A stretch of DNA of 63,740 nucleotides, the filler included, from Chrysochromulina tobinii (lineage: Eukaryota): the NCBI GenBank assembly GCA_001275005.1. It is 6 parts of 6 records of this genome, joined end to end, with 100 filler letters (N's around TTAATTAATTAA, not from the genome) between each part and the next. Parts side by side here need not be neighbours in the genome. Positions count along the whole stretch, not along the records: positions 33,546 to 44,327 come from JWZX01000520.1; positions 44,428 to 52,396 come from JWZX01000522.1; 4 more parts are not named here. The stretch is one strand, 5' to 3'. The notes below the pieces were generated by a model. It ran no database searches, was not told where the DNA came from, and worked only from the letters and a program-made list of their open reading frames with translations. This document shows positions 34,840 to 44,869 of this stretch, one piece after another. The translations under genes and the position numbers were made by a program. Position 1 is the first letter of the stretch. Each line of letters begins with the position of its first letter.

Positions 34840-35747
34840 ATGAAGCGCTCTCTCGAGGCCGTGTCCTCTGCTTCGGCCTCAGTTCCACCTGCACCCGAGG
34901 CTTCATCAGTACCTCCCGACGACCTGTCCGATTTGCCTGCTTCGTGGGCGTGCGTGTGCCTTGGCGTTTCGGGAAGCGTCGCTGCCGTCAAGGCCCCCAG
35001 AGCTCGCGCTTGCATTCCTGCGCCACGGCGTCAGTGTCGACCTCGTCGTCACCGGAGGCGGCGCACTCGCTGCTGCTATCGTCCTATCGCGGCGAACAGC
35101 CGTGGGCAAGGCTTGAGGCAATTGCGGCGGCGACTGCCCTGCACGGAGGCGTTGACGCGAACGACCAAGGCTGCGGCGGCAACGGCGGTGGCTCGGGTGC
35201 CACGCCTGCGGCGGCAGCCACAGCATCGCCGCCGTCGCTCCGTATCTTCCGCGACGCCGACGAGTGGCGCACCTTTTCGATCGTCGGCCAAGACCCCGTC
35301 GTGCACATCGAACTCGCCAAGCGCAACCAACTGCTGCTGATCGCACCACTGTGCGCCAACACTCTCGCGGCCGCGGCGCTCGGCCTGTGCGGCAACCTGC
35401 TCGGCTCGGTACTGCGCGCGTGGTACTACGATCTGGACGCCGCCTTTGCGACGCCGCTCGCGGAGCGTTACGGCGCGCACGCCGTTGACAAGCCCGTGCT
35501 CGTGGCACCCGCCATGAACACCTTCATGTGGCACCAGCGCGTCACGGGCTCGCACCTGGCGGTACTCGAGGCGCGAGGCGTGCGTGTGGTGCCGCCAGTT
35601 GCCAAAAAGCTCGCGTGCGGCGACACGGGCGTCGGCGCGATGGCCGAGGTCCCGCAGGTGGTCCAGGCCGCCGTTGAGGCGCTCCGGAAGCACACGCAGG
35701 CGCAGGAGCAGGCCGTCCGCGAAGGTAGGCCGCCGTTTGTCCCGTGA
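34840..35747 (+). CDS. PPCDC: Phosphopantothenoylcysteine decarboxylase (HAL3/CoaC flavoprotein); two apparent +1 indels
   Basis: LGVSGSVAAVKAP, DADEW, PVVHIEL, LLIAPLCANTLA...GLCGNLL, APAMNTFMW, KKLACGDTGVGAM. The frame is restored by removing one C at 34994-34998 and one G at 35054-35055. Confidence 0.88.
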
Positions 35748-35859
35748 GGTTACTGGCGCGCACGGGCGCACGGAGACACCGGCCGCGTTTTGAACTTTGT
35801 AAATTGAGTATCCCTCTTATACATGTAATTCACATGTATTGAATTGTCTCATGTCATGT

Positions 35860-36006
35860 TCAAGTCAAGTCTCGTTACATGTACACAACAAATTGTAGTA
35901 TTGTGGGACGGACAAGATTATGGTTGCACTGGCTAACGGAGCACAATGTGGACAGGTACACGATAGAAGATGGACTTGACTTGACTTGGCTTGATTTGAG
36001 ACTTGA
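35860..36006. repeat. Short AT-rich element bounded by inverted (CAAGT)n / (ACTTG)n repeats
   Basis: tcaagtcaagtctc at 35860 versus gacttgacttgacttg...gagacttga at 35973-36006. Confidence 0.6.
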
Positions 36007-36062
36007 TTCACGCCACGCAGCCGAGACGTCCTGTGGCTCTGGCTTCTGGATCTTATTTTCAC

Positions 36063-37250
36063 ATGACGGACGCAGCGGCGAGGGCGGAGGCGGCAAAGAC
36101 CGCTGGCAACGCGGCCTTCACTGCGAAGAATTACGACGAAGCTATCAAATTCTTCACAGAGGCCATCGAGGCCGATCCCACAAACCACGTCTTGTACTCC
36201 AACCGCTCGGGCGCCTACTGCGCCAAGGCAGACTTCAAGGCGGCGCTGTTGGACGCCAACGAGTGCATCAAACTGAACGAGCAGTTTGCCAAAGGGCACT
36301 CGCGGCGCGGCGCGGCCTACTTCGGGCTAAAGAATTGGCCGCAGTCGCAGGCGGCCTATGAGCGCGGCCTGGAGCTCGACCCGAACTCGGCCGCAATGAA
36401 AGCAGAGCTAGAGAAGGTGAAGCTGCAACGTGACCCGAAGGCACGCGCGGCGGCAGAGGCGGCGGCGGCGGGCGCGGGTGCCACTGGCGGTGGCGGCTAC
36501 CAGCGCTTCCCGGGCGACCGGGGCGGCTTCCCGTCCTCCGGCTCTTGTGGTCCGCCCACAAACCCGACTGCCAAGTCAGCATCGACAGCACTCGGCGGTT
36601 TCGCGCTGGTGAGCGGCTTCCTGTACATGCTGCCCCTCTTCCCGCGCTACGCGATACCCATGTACAGGGGCTGCGTGATCTGCCTGTTGCTCCTTAGCAT
36701 GCTGCACCTCGTCTCGGCCTTCGAGCTGAAATTCTCGACGCTTGTTGAGCCCAAGTTTAAGGCCGCTCAGGAGTCGCAAGGGTTGATGCTGCTCTTCATG
36801 CTGCTGATCCTGCCGCCCGTGCCGTTCGCGCTCATGCCCTTCCTCGCCCTCGCCCTGCTGCACTCGGTCCACGCCGTCAAGGAGCCGGCACAGAAGCTGC
36901 CCGGCCCACTCTCCACCTTCGTCGGCTCTCGCGTCGCCCAGCTCTGCACTCCTGAGGGACAGTTCCAAATCGCCTCTTTTGGCGCCGTCTCCGAGGTCAT
37001 CTTGGCGGTGATGACCCCGGTGCTTTGCCTGGTCCAGGGCTTCCGCGCAGCCCTCCTTGGCTTCTTCTTCTTCCAGTATGTCGTGCGCCGCTCCCGTTCG
37101 AATGAGATGACCATGAAAGCGCTCGAGCTGCTCACCGAGCGCTCCGATAGCGTCTTCCGTCATCGGTACGTGCCCGCGCCGCTGCAGATCGTGTACTCGA
37201 ATGCCAAGAAATTCATCGGACGCGCCTCGACGTCGACGTTCTTCCAGTGA
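36063..37250 (+). CDS. STI1/HOP-type TPR domain fused to TMEM33/Pom33-like membrane domain
   Basis: KTAGNAAF...YDEAIKFFTEAI..DPTNHVLYSNRSGAY...KGHSRRGAAY (TPR x3); multi-TM C-terminus ending FQYVVRRS.SNEMT...DSVFRHRYVPAPLQIVY..AKKFI, similar to TMEM33. Confidence 0.75.
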   Translation: MTDAAARAEAAKTAGNAAFTAKNYDEAIKFFTEAIEADPTNHVLYSNRSGAYCAKADFKAALLDANECIKLNEQFAKGHSRRGAAYFGLKNWPQSQAAYERGLELDPNSAAMKAELEKVKLQRDPKARAAAEAAAAGAGATGGGGYQRFPGDRGGFPSSGSCGPPTNPTAKSASTALGGFALVSGFLYMLPLFPRYAIPMYRGCVICLLLLSMLHLVSAFELKFSTLVEPKFKAAQESQGLMLLFMLLILPPVPFALMPFLALALLHSVHAVKEPAQKLPGPLSTFVGSRVAQLCTPEGQFQIASFGAVSEVILAVMTPVLCLVQGFRAALLGFFFFQYVVRRSRSNEMTMKALELLTERSDSVFRHRYVPAPLQIVYSNAKKFIGRASTSTFFQ

Positions 37251-37923
37251 GCTGGGCGCGCGGGGACGGCGGGGCGGCAATCGGCGGGCGGGCGGGTCGC
37301 AAAAGATTTCTCGGGTCATGGCCTGCGCGGCCCGGGAGCTACAGAATCGACGCCCTCTCTGCCGGTGTGTGAATCTCCCTCGCTCGCAAACAGAGGCGTT
37401 GTGTTCTCACAAAGTCAAAGCTGGAAAGCAGGGACACCTGTGACCTGACGACCCGTTTCACCTTAAATTATAAATCGCACCTTTTCTTTTCGACCGGCCC
37501 CGAACGGCGACGCGGCCCGGCGCGACCGAAAAGCATGCACGTTGTAATCGCTCGACGGCATTTAGTATATCCACGGCGCTTGGCGATTCGGATCGCCCGT
37601 CGATAACCATAAGAGCGGCGTCCTTTTTTGAAATTTGAATGCGACCAAGTGCCAACAAAAGATTAGTCTCCAAGATAAAACTCAAATCCTCAAATGTATT
37701 TATGTGGAGTACATTGACCTAAAATGGTACATGTAGTCCCTGTTGTGTCTCTGTAGTGCCGTTCATGTAACCGACAAAAACACGTTTTCGTAGTGAACAA
37801 CACACCGCGAAGGACGGGAGCTTGCACAGCTTCGTCGACGTTCGGCTTCGGAACAAAGCCGCACGCAGCCGTGCTTGACCCGGACCTCAGGACTCGAGGG
37901 ACACAGGTAGCCGACACAGTCAG

Positions 37924-39627
37924 ATGCAGCAGGTGATGCAGCATGTCGCTGAAGAGTCAGTAGTCAGCCCGGACCTTTTTGCCGACTATTTATCGTCGAC
38001 ACCAAGAGTCGACGACAGCCCGGAATTTCAGTACCAGCGGCTCATCCTCGAGCTTCAGCTGCTTGAAGACCTACCACCAGAGAATCCTCCTGCACATGAT
38101 GAGGCTGATGACAAAGCTTTCGCAATAGTGCATGAACAACTTCAAGCACTACGATGTGGTGGTCGGGCGGCAAAGTCAGAGGCGCCAATGCGTCTGCGGC
38201 GGCCAGAGCCGACGGCGCGAGTGCAAACAGCTCCGGAGCCGGCAGTGGCCAAGTCGGCAGCGCTACCAGTGCGGGCGGTTCGAGCGCCCGTAGTGGCACC
38301 GACCCTAGCAGCAGAACCGAACGTGAATGTAGATGAGATCCTGTCCAGCCTCAGCCAACTTGCGCAAGCCGTTCAGCAAATGCGCGAGCTCATTCCACGT
38401 GCGGCGGCCTCCGACGGACGCAGTGTCGCGCAACAAGTCCGCGACACTTTCTTGCCGGGGGGCATGTGCATCACTCCCGACCGTATGCGCAAGGGCCTGC
38501 ACTACATTCAGGGCAACCGCGGCAGCCAGGAGCGCCGGGGCAGCAGCAGCAGTTCTTCCATCCGGGCAGCAGCGCACGAGGCGTCGACCCCGAGCGTGCT
38601 CGTCGAAAGCAATCCGAGCGCGGCTACCCATTCGTCGGCGTCGACCAGCCGCCCCAAACTTGGGATGGCCTCTTTCTCGCCTGTGGGCATCTCGCCCCAC
38701 CGCCTGCGAGCAGCGCCCATGTCCCCCGGCGCGTTTGCGGGATCGGACCCTTTGCGCCTGCCGGCGACGCCATCGCCAGCTCCGCCGTTGCCGGTGATGA
38801 ACATACCGCCGCCAGTGCCGCCACCGATGAGATACATGCAACAAGCATCGTGGCCGACGTCATCGATGGCGATGCCGCCGCCGCCGCAACGGCAGATGCC
38901 GCAGATGCCGCAGATGGCACAGCTGCTGCCTTCGCCCATTCAAAACTCAGCAGCGCAGCCGCCACCGCCACCGGTGTGCGGATGGGCAGCCACTTCAGCG
39001 TTGCCGCCACACTGCAGCTATGCCTACGTCCCCAGCCTGCCGTGTTCCTTCCCGGGCCAGCGTAGTGTGTCAGATGTGACCTTGAGCGTGCAGTCGAACG
39101 CGGCCAATCGCAACGAACTGCTGAGGCGGCTCGAGCAGCTCGAGAACATCCCTAAGCCCTTCAAGGATCAGCAGCAGTGCCTTATGGAAGTCGAGCGTCT
39201 CGCCGGGCTTGCCAAGCGCATGCGACACGAGGCGACCATGCAGCGAGCTCCACCGACCCTGGCCATGGCTGGACCGCCCACCGTTTCCATGCCGGCTTCG
39301 GTATCGGCCTCGAAACCACTGCCCCATCCGCCCGTCGTGGCGCAGCATCTGGCCGACGGCTCGCCACGTGTGGCGAGCCTGCTCTGCCCTTCCTCTGTCC
39401 CACGACAAGCTCGCATCAACATACGAGAACAACACAAGGACGTCGCATCATACAAGAACCTCGTGAACCTCGAGGATGTACTAGGGGAGGAGCCTGTGAA
39501 CCTCGTGAAGCGTGCATGCCAAATGTCCAAGGAGTTGACGGACGAGATTGCCAGGTTGAGGCAAGTCGTATCGCCGTATCAAGCTTCCGCATCAAGCTCA
39601 ACCGCATCGGCATCGGCAGCTAACTAA
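37924..39627 (+). CDS. Hypothetical Pro/Ser-rich protein with short coiled coils (567 aa)
   Basis: Long ATG-initiated ORF flanked by AT-richer intergenic DNA; no recognisable domain. Confidence 0.65.
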   Translation: MQQVMQHVAEESVVSPDLFADYLSSTPRVDDSPEFQYQRLILELQLLEDLPPENPPAHDEADDKAFAIVHEQLQALRCGGRAAKSEAPMRLRRPEPTARVQTAPEPAVAKSAALPVRAVRAPVVAPTLAAEPNVNVDEILSSLSQLAQAVQQMRELIPRAAASDGRSVAQQVRDTFLPGGMCITPDRMRKGLHYIQGNRGSQERRGSSSSSSIRAAAHEASTPSVLVESNPSAATHSSASTSRPKLGMASFSPVGISPHRLRAAPMSPGAFAGSDPLRLPATPSPAPPLPVMNIPPPVPPPMRYMQQASWPTSSMAMPPPPQRQMPQMPQMAQLLPSPIQNSAAQPPPPPVCGWAATSALPPHCSYAYVPSLPCSFPGQRSVSDVTLSVQSNAANRNELLRRLEQLENIPKPFKDQQQCLMEVERLAGLAKRMRHEATMQRAPPTLAMAGPPTVSMPASVSASKPLPHPPVVAQHLADGSPRVASLLCPSSVPRQARINIREQHKDVASYKNLVNLEDVLGEEPVNLVKRACQMSKELTDEIARLRQVVSPYQASASSSTASASAAN

Positions 39628-39928
39628 CCTCGGCCTCCGTGCCAACCACACTGTGCAACAACAACATTTCAGCCGCCCCACGCCACAGCCCACACCCTAT
39701 CTTCTTCAGTGATACCAGCTGAGTGCGGACGGACGTAGTACTACGCACTACGGCGTGGTTGTGGGTAGAGCTCTACAGCTGTACCTGGGAGTAAGTCTAC
39801 AGCTGTACCTGGGAGGCTGGGAGATCGAGATGCCACGTGGAGCGCGGCGGTGCAGGGAAACATAGGAGAACGTGACTCGCAGGACTCGGCGGGCGAGCCG
39901 AACGGCGCTGAGTCGGGCCCTCGAGCGG

Positions 39929-39971
39929 ATGGTTTCGTAATGGTTTCGTAATGGTTTCGTAATGGTTTCGT
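39929..39971. repeat. 11-bp tandem repeat ATGGTTTCGTA, about 4 copies
   Basis: Directly visible. A second short duplication, ctacagctgtacctggga, lies nearby at ~39773-39813. Confidence 0.9.
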
Positions 39972-40474
39972 TGCACGTGTCGACGCTCCGCGGTCGGGGC
40001 TCGAGGGCGGGGGCGGGCGGGGGTCTCCGCCCGCATGGTCGTGTCACATCTCGACGTGTGCTCGGAGCTCGTAGCGCTAGCGGTTCGGTGCGGAGCGGGT
40101 CCGGACGCGGACCGTCCGGTCGCCGGGCCGCGGCGCCGCACGCGGCCGCACGGGCGCGCGGCGCGGGATTGTATCCGGGATTGCGCGATTCGGATTCGAA
40201 AGACGAAACGGAGTGGAAATGTGTTCAGGCGTGCGCGGCCGCTAGGTGTAAACTAACCATGCATCCAACTCACAACCCATGGTTATGATATTCGATCACC
40301 GGACCGGCGTATAATGATCTTATCGGCGGCATATAGCTTATACGTTATAGGGCGCGTCGCCGGTCGCGGATTCGGGATTGACGGTTGCTTCTCTCGATTC
40401 AGGCGAGTGATCATATCCCTGCCACCTCTCGGACGCCGATACTGACGTCATCGGTGATGCCAGAGCCTTCACCG

Positions 40475-42031
40475 TTAGGTTTCACCTTGAGGCTTCGCAC
40501 CGTCGTAATTCTCCGCACACAGAAGCTCCTTAGATCGCAGATGCTGCCGCCTCTCGGCACGCTCCCTCGCCGAGAGAGGTCGCGTCGCCATCACCACCCC
40601 ACGGAAGACGGTGCGCGGCGGCGGCAAGATGAGCGAGTACGGGTAGGGCACCGAGCGCGCCGAGAAGGCGCTCCGGAGGCCGAGCTTGGCCGTGGCCACA
40701 AAGGGATACAGCCGCAGTCTCCGCTCGTACCGCTGCGCCGCTGCGAGGTTGATGGATCCCCAATGCTCCGTGAGCGAGCGACGGCGTCGGTCGTCAGCGT
40801 TGAGCCGGACGACGGGTGCGCCGGCGGAGGGCGCGACCGCCGGCGAGAGGAAGGCAGGCAGCGACGCAGAGGGCGCGGAGGGCGCGGCGGCGGCGGACGC
40901 ATGCTCGTGGGCACGCCTCCGAATGAAAAAGCACATGTGGGTGTGCAGCGCAAGCACCCTGTGGAACATGAACTCATCGGGCGGCGCTCCGATGACGCAA
41001 GGGGCGAGAAGCGGCGCGCCGAAGCGCGTGGGCACGTCCGCATACGCCGTAGTAAAGGCGAGGTTCCACGAGACGTAAAGGTCCGTCCACTCCTTTTCGT
41101 GCGGCAGGTGCATGCGGACCGCCCTGCGCCCATCAGTCGAGAGACTCGCGCCGCGGCCGGGCCGGTCGGCGGACGGCTGGCCTGGGCGCGCGACGCATAG
41201 CGCCAGGCCGGCCGCCGCATTGGACGTGAAGCCGAGCTTGAGGTCCTGTAGCACTGCCTCAAGGATGTTGAACGGCAGCCCAAGATGCCCAAAATTGGAA
41301 GGTAGGTTCGCAAAGCGCCGGTGCTCGACGAAGCGTTCGAGGGTCATCTCGACGGTGCAGAGCTTGGCGAGCTCAAAGAGTCCGAGTGGCCGCCACCAGC
41401 CCGCTGTGCTACGCACCGCCTCGCGCAGCCGCGCGTACACGGCCGCGGCGAGCTCCGCGTCCGCGGCGAGCGCACGCGTCACCGCGTCGAGCAGCAGGAT
41501 GTAGTGCGCGAGCTCGTACATCTCGACGTCCTTGACGGGTTCGAGCTCATCAGAGGATGTTGAGAGCTTGTGCGCGAGTTGGCACAGCAGCGGATTCGTG
41601 GCAGCGACGTTGGAGATGCTGCGCACAAAGACACGCAAGTCGGGAGCATCCTCACTCTGCGCTGCCCGGCCAATCGCGCTGACCATACTAGGAGGCAACG
41701 CTGAGAGAAGCGGCTCGTATGTGTCGAGATCAAGCTCGGAGAGGAGAGATTTCATCACATTCGGGTCGGCTGGCACTGCGTGCCTTGAAGCCGCACGCAT
41801 GCGCTGTCGCCGGGCGTGCCGCAGTAAGGAGCCCTCGACAGAGCGCGTCAGACCTTGCAGAGCGCGATTGCCGTCAACTGGCGTCACGAACGGTGCCGTC
41901 GAGGGCAAGGTGACTGTTAGAGGCACGCGCATAGTCACAAGACGGCGGAAGGACAATGACGTCGGAAGGGGCGGCCCCAATGAAACTTTTGCACCGGAGC
42001 AAGCAAGAAGCCTGCATCTTTCCCGGTTCAT
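40475..42031 (-). CDS. DUF5692-like membrane protein with N-terminal extension
   Basis: FELAKL, NILEAVLQD...NAAAGL, WTDLYVSWNLAF, LLAP and HRVLAL recall DUF5692 motifs (NILEAV..D, W...Y..WN.A, R...L). Start codon uncertain (possibly the ATG at 41932). Confidence 0.5.
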   Translation of the reverse strand: MNRERCRLLACSGAKVSLGPPLPTSLSFRRLVTMRVPLTVTLPSTAPFVTPVDGNRALQGLTRSVEGSLLRHARRQRMRAASRHAVPADPNVMKSLLSELDLDTYEPLLSALPPSMVSAIGRAAQSEDAPDLRVFVRSISNVAATNPLLCQLAHKLSTSSDELEPVKDVEMYELAHYILLLDAVTRALAADAELAAAVYARLREAVRSTAGWWRPLGLFELAKLCTVEMTLERFVEHRRFANLPSNFGHLGLPFNILEAVLQDLKLGFTSNAAAGLALCVARPGQPSADRPGRGASLSTDGRRAVRMHLPHEKEWTDLYVSWNLAFTTAYADVPTRFGAPLLAPCVIGAPPDEFMFHRVLALHTHMCFFIRRRAHEHASAAAAPSAPSASLPAFLSPAVAPSAGAPVVRLNADDRRRRSLTEHWGSINLAAAQRYERRLRLYPFVATAKLGLRSAFSARSVPYPYSLILPPPRTVFRGVVMATRPLSARERAERRQHLRSKELLCAENYDGAKPQGET

Positions 42032-42620
42032 TAGGTCATGTAATCATGACTACATAGATCATCAATGACATCAATGGTTCCTGACAGCGTTCCTGAAGGG
42101 TGTACAATGTACTGAGCGTGCCCGGTGTGTCGGCCCACCGCCACCGCGTGCCACGTCCGCACATACCACATGAGAGGAGAACAACACCGGTCTCCGCTCT
42201 TTGCAACATGGGCTCTTACCGGGCTCCGCTGCGCGTACACACGCGGCTCGCGGGAGGGTCGACTGTCCTCTTTGTACTGTGTACGAGCTACGACGTACAT
42301 GAAACCGGCGACGGGTTTTCTCGTAGGTTCCTCGTTCGCGGCTGCCGCCCGGTCCCGCCGCCTACTCAAAGGTCTGCTGACTCCGGTTGTGCGCCTGCAC
42401 GCGCACCACCAAAAGCACAACAGCCCTTCAACATCATCATGCCAAGCCGGCCTGGCTCTCGCTCGTCGACCTACATCTGCAGCCGGCCAGCGCCCCCACG
42501 CCTGCCGCCATGCTCTCTCGCGCACACGGGGCGGCGCGCGAGCAGCTGTCGAGAAATAGCGTGCTGTGGGGAAGGAGAGGTGTTTGACTCTCGCATGGGT
42601 GAGCAGCATGCTGCATGCGC

Positions 42621-44327
42621 TCATTTGTTGTACACCTTGCGATAGAAGGTTGAGTAGTCGAAGCTGCCCTCAACCTCTGCGAGGCTCTCCCGCAGGAACG
42701 CCGCATGGGCTGGGTTGAAGTACTTGTCGAGCTCCTCGGCGGGCAGCACGTCCTTGCCGTTGCTGAGCGTGCGGAAGGCGCCATTGAGGGCGTCGGGCGT
42801 GTCGTCCACCTTGTAGATCTTTTGCATCAATCGGATGAAGGCATCGAACGAGATCGTGCCCTCCGTAGCCCCTGTGTCCGGGTTGCGCCCGGTGCCGTCC
42901 GCAAACTTGTCGAACTCTTCGTCGAGGTCGTTCTCATGGTCCAACGACTTGATGGCGGCACCGAACTTGAACTTGTTGAGGTTCCCCGACTTGTCGCGGT
43001 CAAAGTGAGTAAACGCCTTCTCCAGCTCCGCCATCTGCTCGGGCGTGATGTCCATGGTCGCACGCGCGAGCTGTCCGCAGACCAGGGAGAGCTTGTCGCG
43101 CACGAGCTGCTCGAGCTGCTCGAAGGCCGATTTGAGCGACGCCATCGACTGGCGCGTGTACGGGTTGTCCATCTCGGCCATGGCGAAGAGCGCATCTGCG
43201 AGCTCCTGCGCGGGCGCAAGCTGCTCGGCGCGCTCAGCCGCCCTGGTCGCATATTCCTCGAGCTGCGTCTTGCGTGCATGGCCTGCGGCAATCGAGTCCG
43301 CATCGTCCGAAGAGATGAGTAGCGTCGGCGTGCTCGCCTCAAGCTTCGCCTTCTCCGCGGCCAGGAAGGTGAGCGCCGTGCTCGCGCACTCGGCGAAGCG
43401 GCGCTTCTGCTGGTCCGCCTCCGAAATCTTGACGCGCTCCAAAGCGAGCATTGAAGTGCGATCGTCCGCTGCGGCGACAGCGCCGTCGAGCGCGCTCCGC
43501 AGGTCCGCGGCCACGAAGCGCGTGTACGGATTGGGCCCGCTGCTCGCGAGCGTCGCCTCGAGCGCCGCGAGCGCCTCGCACTCGGCGCGGCGCGTGCGCT
43601 CCTCCGCGCGGAACGTTTTGAGCGCCTCGTCGATCCCATCGGCCTCACGCACCGTCTCGATCTGCATCACTTCGGACATGGCGTCCGTCGTCTCCTCGAG
43701 CCATCGATTGAGCATCTCGGCGCGCTTGGCCACGGCGAGGCGGCCCTCCTCGATCTTCGTCTGCTGCGCGAGGACTTCCTCGAGATCGGCACGGTACGCG
43801 CCGGCCGCTTCGACGAGTGCCGCGAAGGAGGAATCGATCTGCTCCTTGCGCTTGGAGAGAAGGTCCTGTCGCGGGCTTCCCATCGCCGTGAGCTCATCGT
43901 AGAGCGCGCCGAGTGCACGGCGCGACTCGTCGCGGCTCGCCTGATGAGGGAGACCATCAGAGGTCATCAGAGGTCATCAGAGGTCATCAGAGGTCATCAG
44001 AGGTCATCAGAGGTCATCAGAGGTCATCAGAGGCAATCAGAGGCAATCAGGACTCGTCGCGGCTCGCCTGCTCCTCTTCGTACGCCTTGAGCAGGTTGAG
44101 GCGCGCCATCGCCGCAGAGATCGAGTCAAGCGACGCTTCGCGAGCAAAGCGCATCTTGCGCTGCGCCATAGCGGCGCTGAACACGTCGTACGCTTTGCGC
44201 GTGCGCAGGACGGCGGCCGTGGCGGCGGTGGCGGCGGCGGCGGGCTCGGCCTCGCCTGGCGATCTGATTCCGAAGTTCTCCTTGAGCGCGTCGAAGAGGC
44301 TGTCGAGCAGCGATTTGCTCCTGGGCG
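42621..44327 (-). CDS. Alpha-actinin-like protein (spectrin-like repeats + EF hands), 5' truncated
   Basis: NPYT motifs; ITPEQMAELEKAFTHFDRDKSGNL...ISFDAFIRLM...DTPDALNGAFRTLSNGKD...FDYSTF; GC-AG intron 43941-44067 joins YEEEQ|ASRDES. Confidence 0.88.
43941..44067 (-). other. Decamer-array intron with GC donor and exact 20-nt flanking duplication
   Basis: 43924-43943 is identical to 44051-44070 (sense CAG|GCGAGCCGCGACGAGTC); near-perfect CTGATGACCT array; ends CTCCCTCATCAG. Confidence 0.92.
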
Positions 44328-44427
44328 NNNNNNNNNNNNNNNNNNNNNNNNNNNNNNNNNNNNNNNNNNNNTTAATTAATTAANNNNNNNNNNNNNNNNN
44401 NNNNNNNNNNNNNNNNNNNNNNNNNNN
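44328..44427. other. Artificial contig-joining spacer
   Basis: N44-TTAATTAATTAA-N44. Confidence 0.99.
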
Positions 44428-44869
44428 CACGCGAGAGCATGGAAAAAAAGTGGCTTGGCGACAAAACAGCACCAGAATCCGACAGTGTGTGAGCCTGTGG
44501 TACCGCACTTAAATAGAGAGAGCTTTGTAACTTACCAAGCTACCTACACATTGGCAGGACCCCCTGAATTGCGGTGGGGGAATTTGAAGGGGATGTCGGC
44601 GTGGGAGTAGGGCGGCATGCGACATGGGAACATGGAATAGAATGGTGACACGACTGGACCCGGGCATGGAAACCTGCTTGTGCTCCTCGTTGCTTGTGTT
44701 CCCCGTTGCTTGTCGTGTGCTCTAAGCTCGTCGTCGGTCCTTACTGACGGGGCTTGAACCTCTCCGGTCTCTTGTTGTCTGTTTCATACCGTCGTTCACA
44801 GTTCTCGCCTCGACCTGGAGCGGTCTCTGACGCTTTCGGCTTTTCATGGACGTGTTGTCTCGCGCGCAC

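Noticed and set aside
34990..35060. Programmed ribosomal frameshifting in PPCDC
   Set aside because: No slippery heptamer; two successive homopolymer indels fit sequencing error better.
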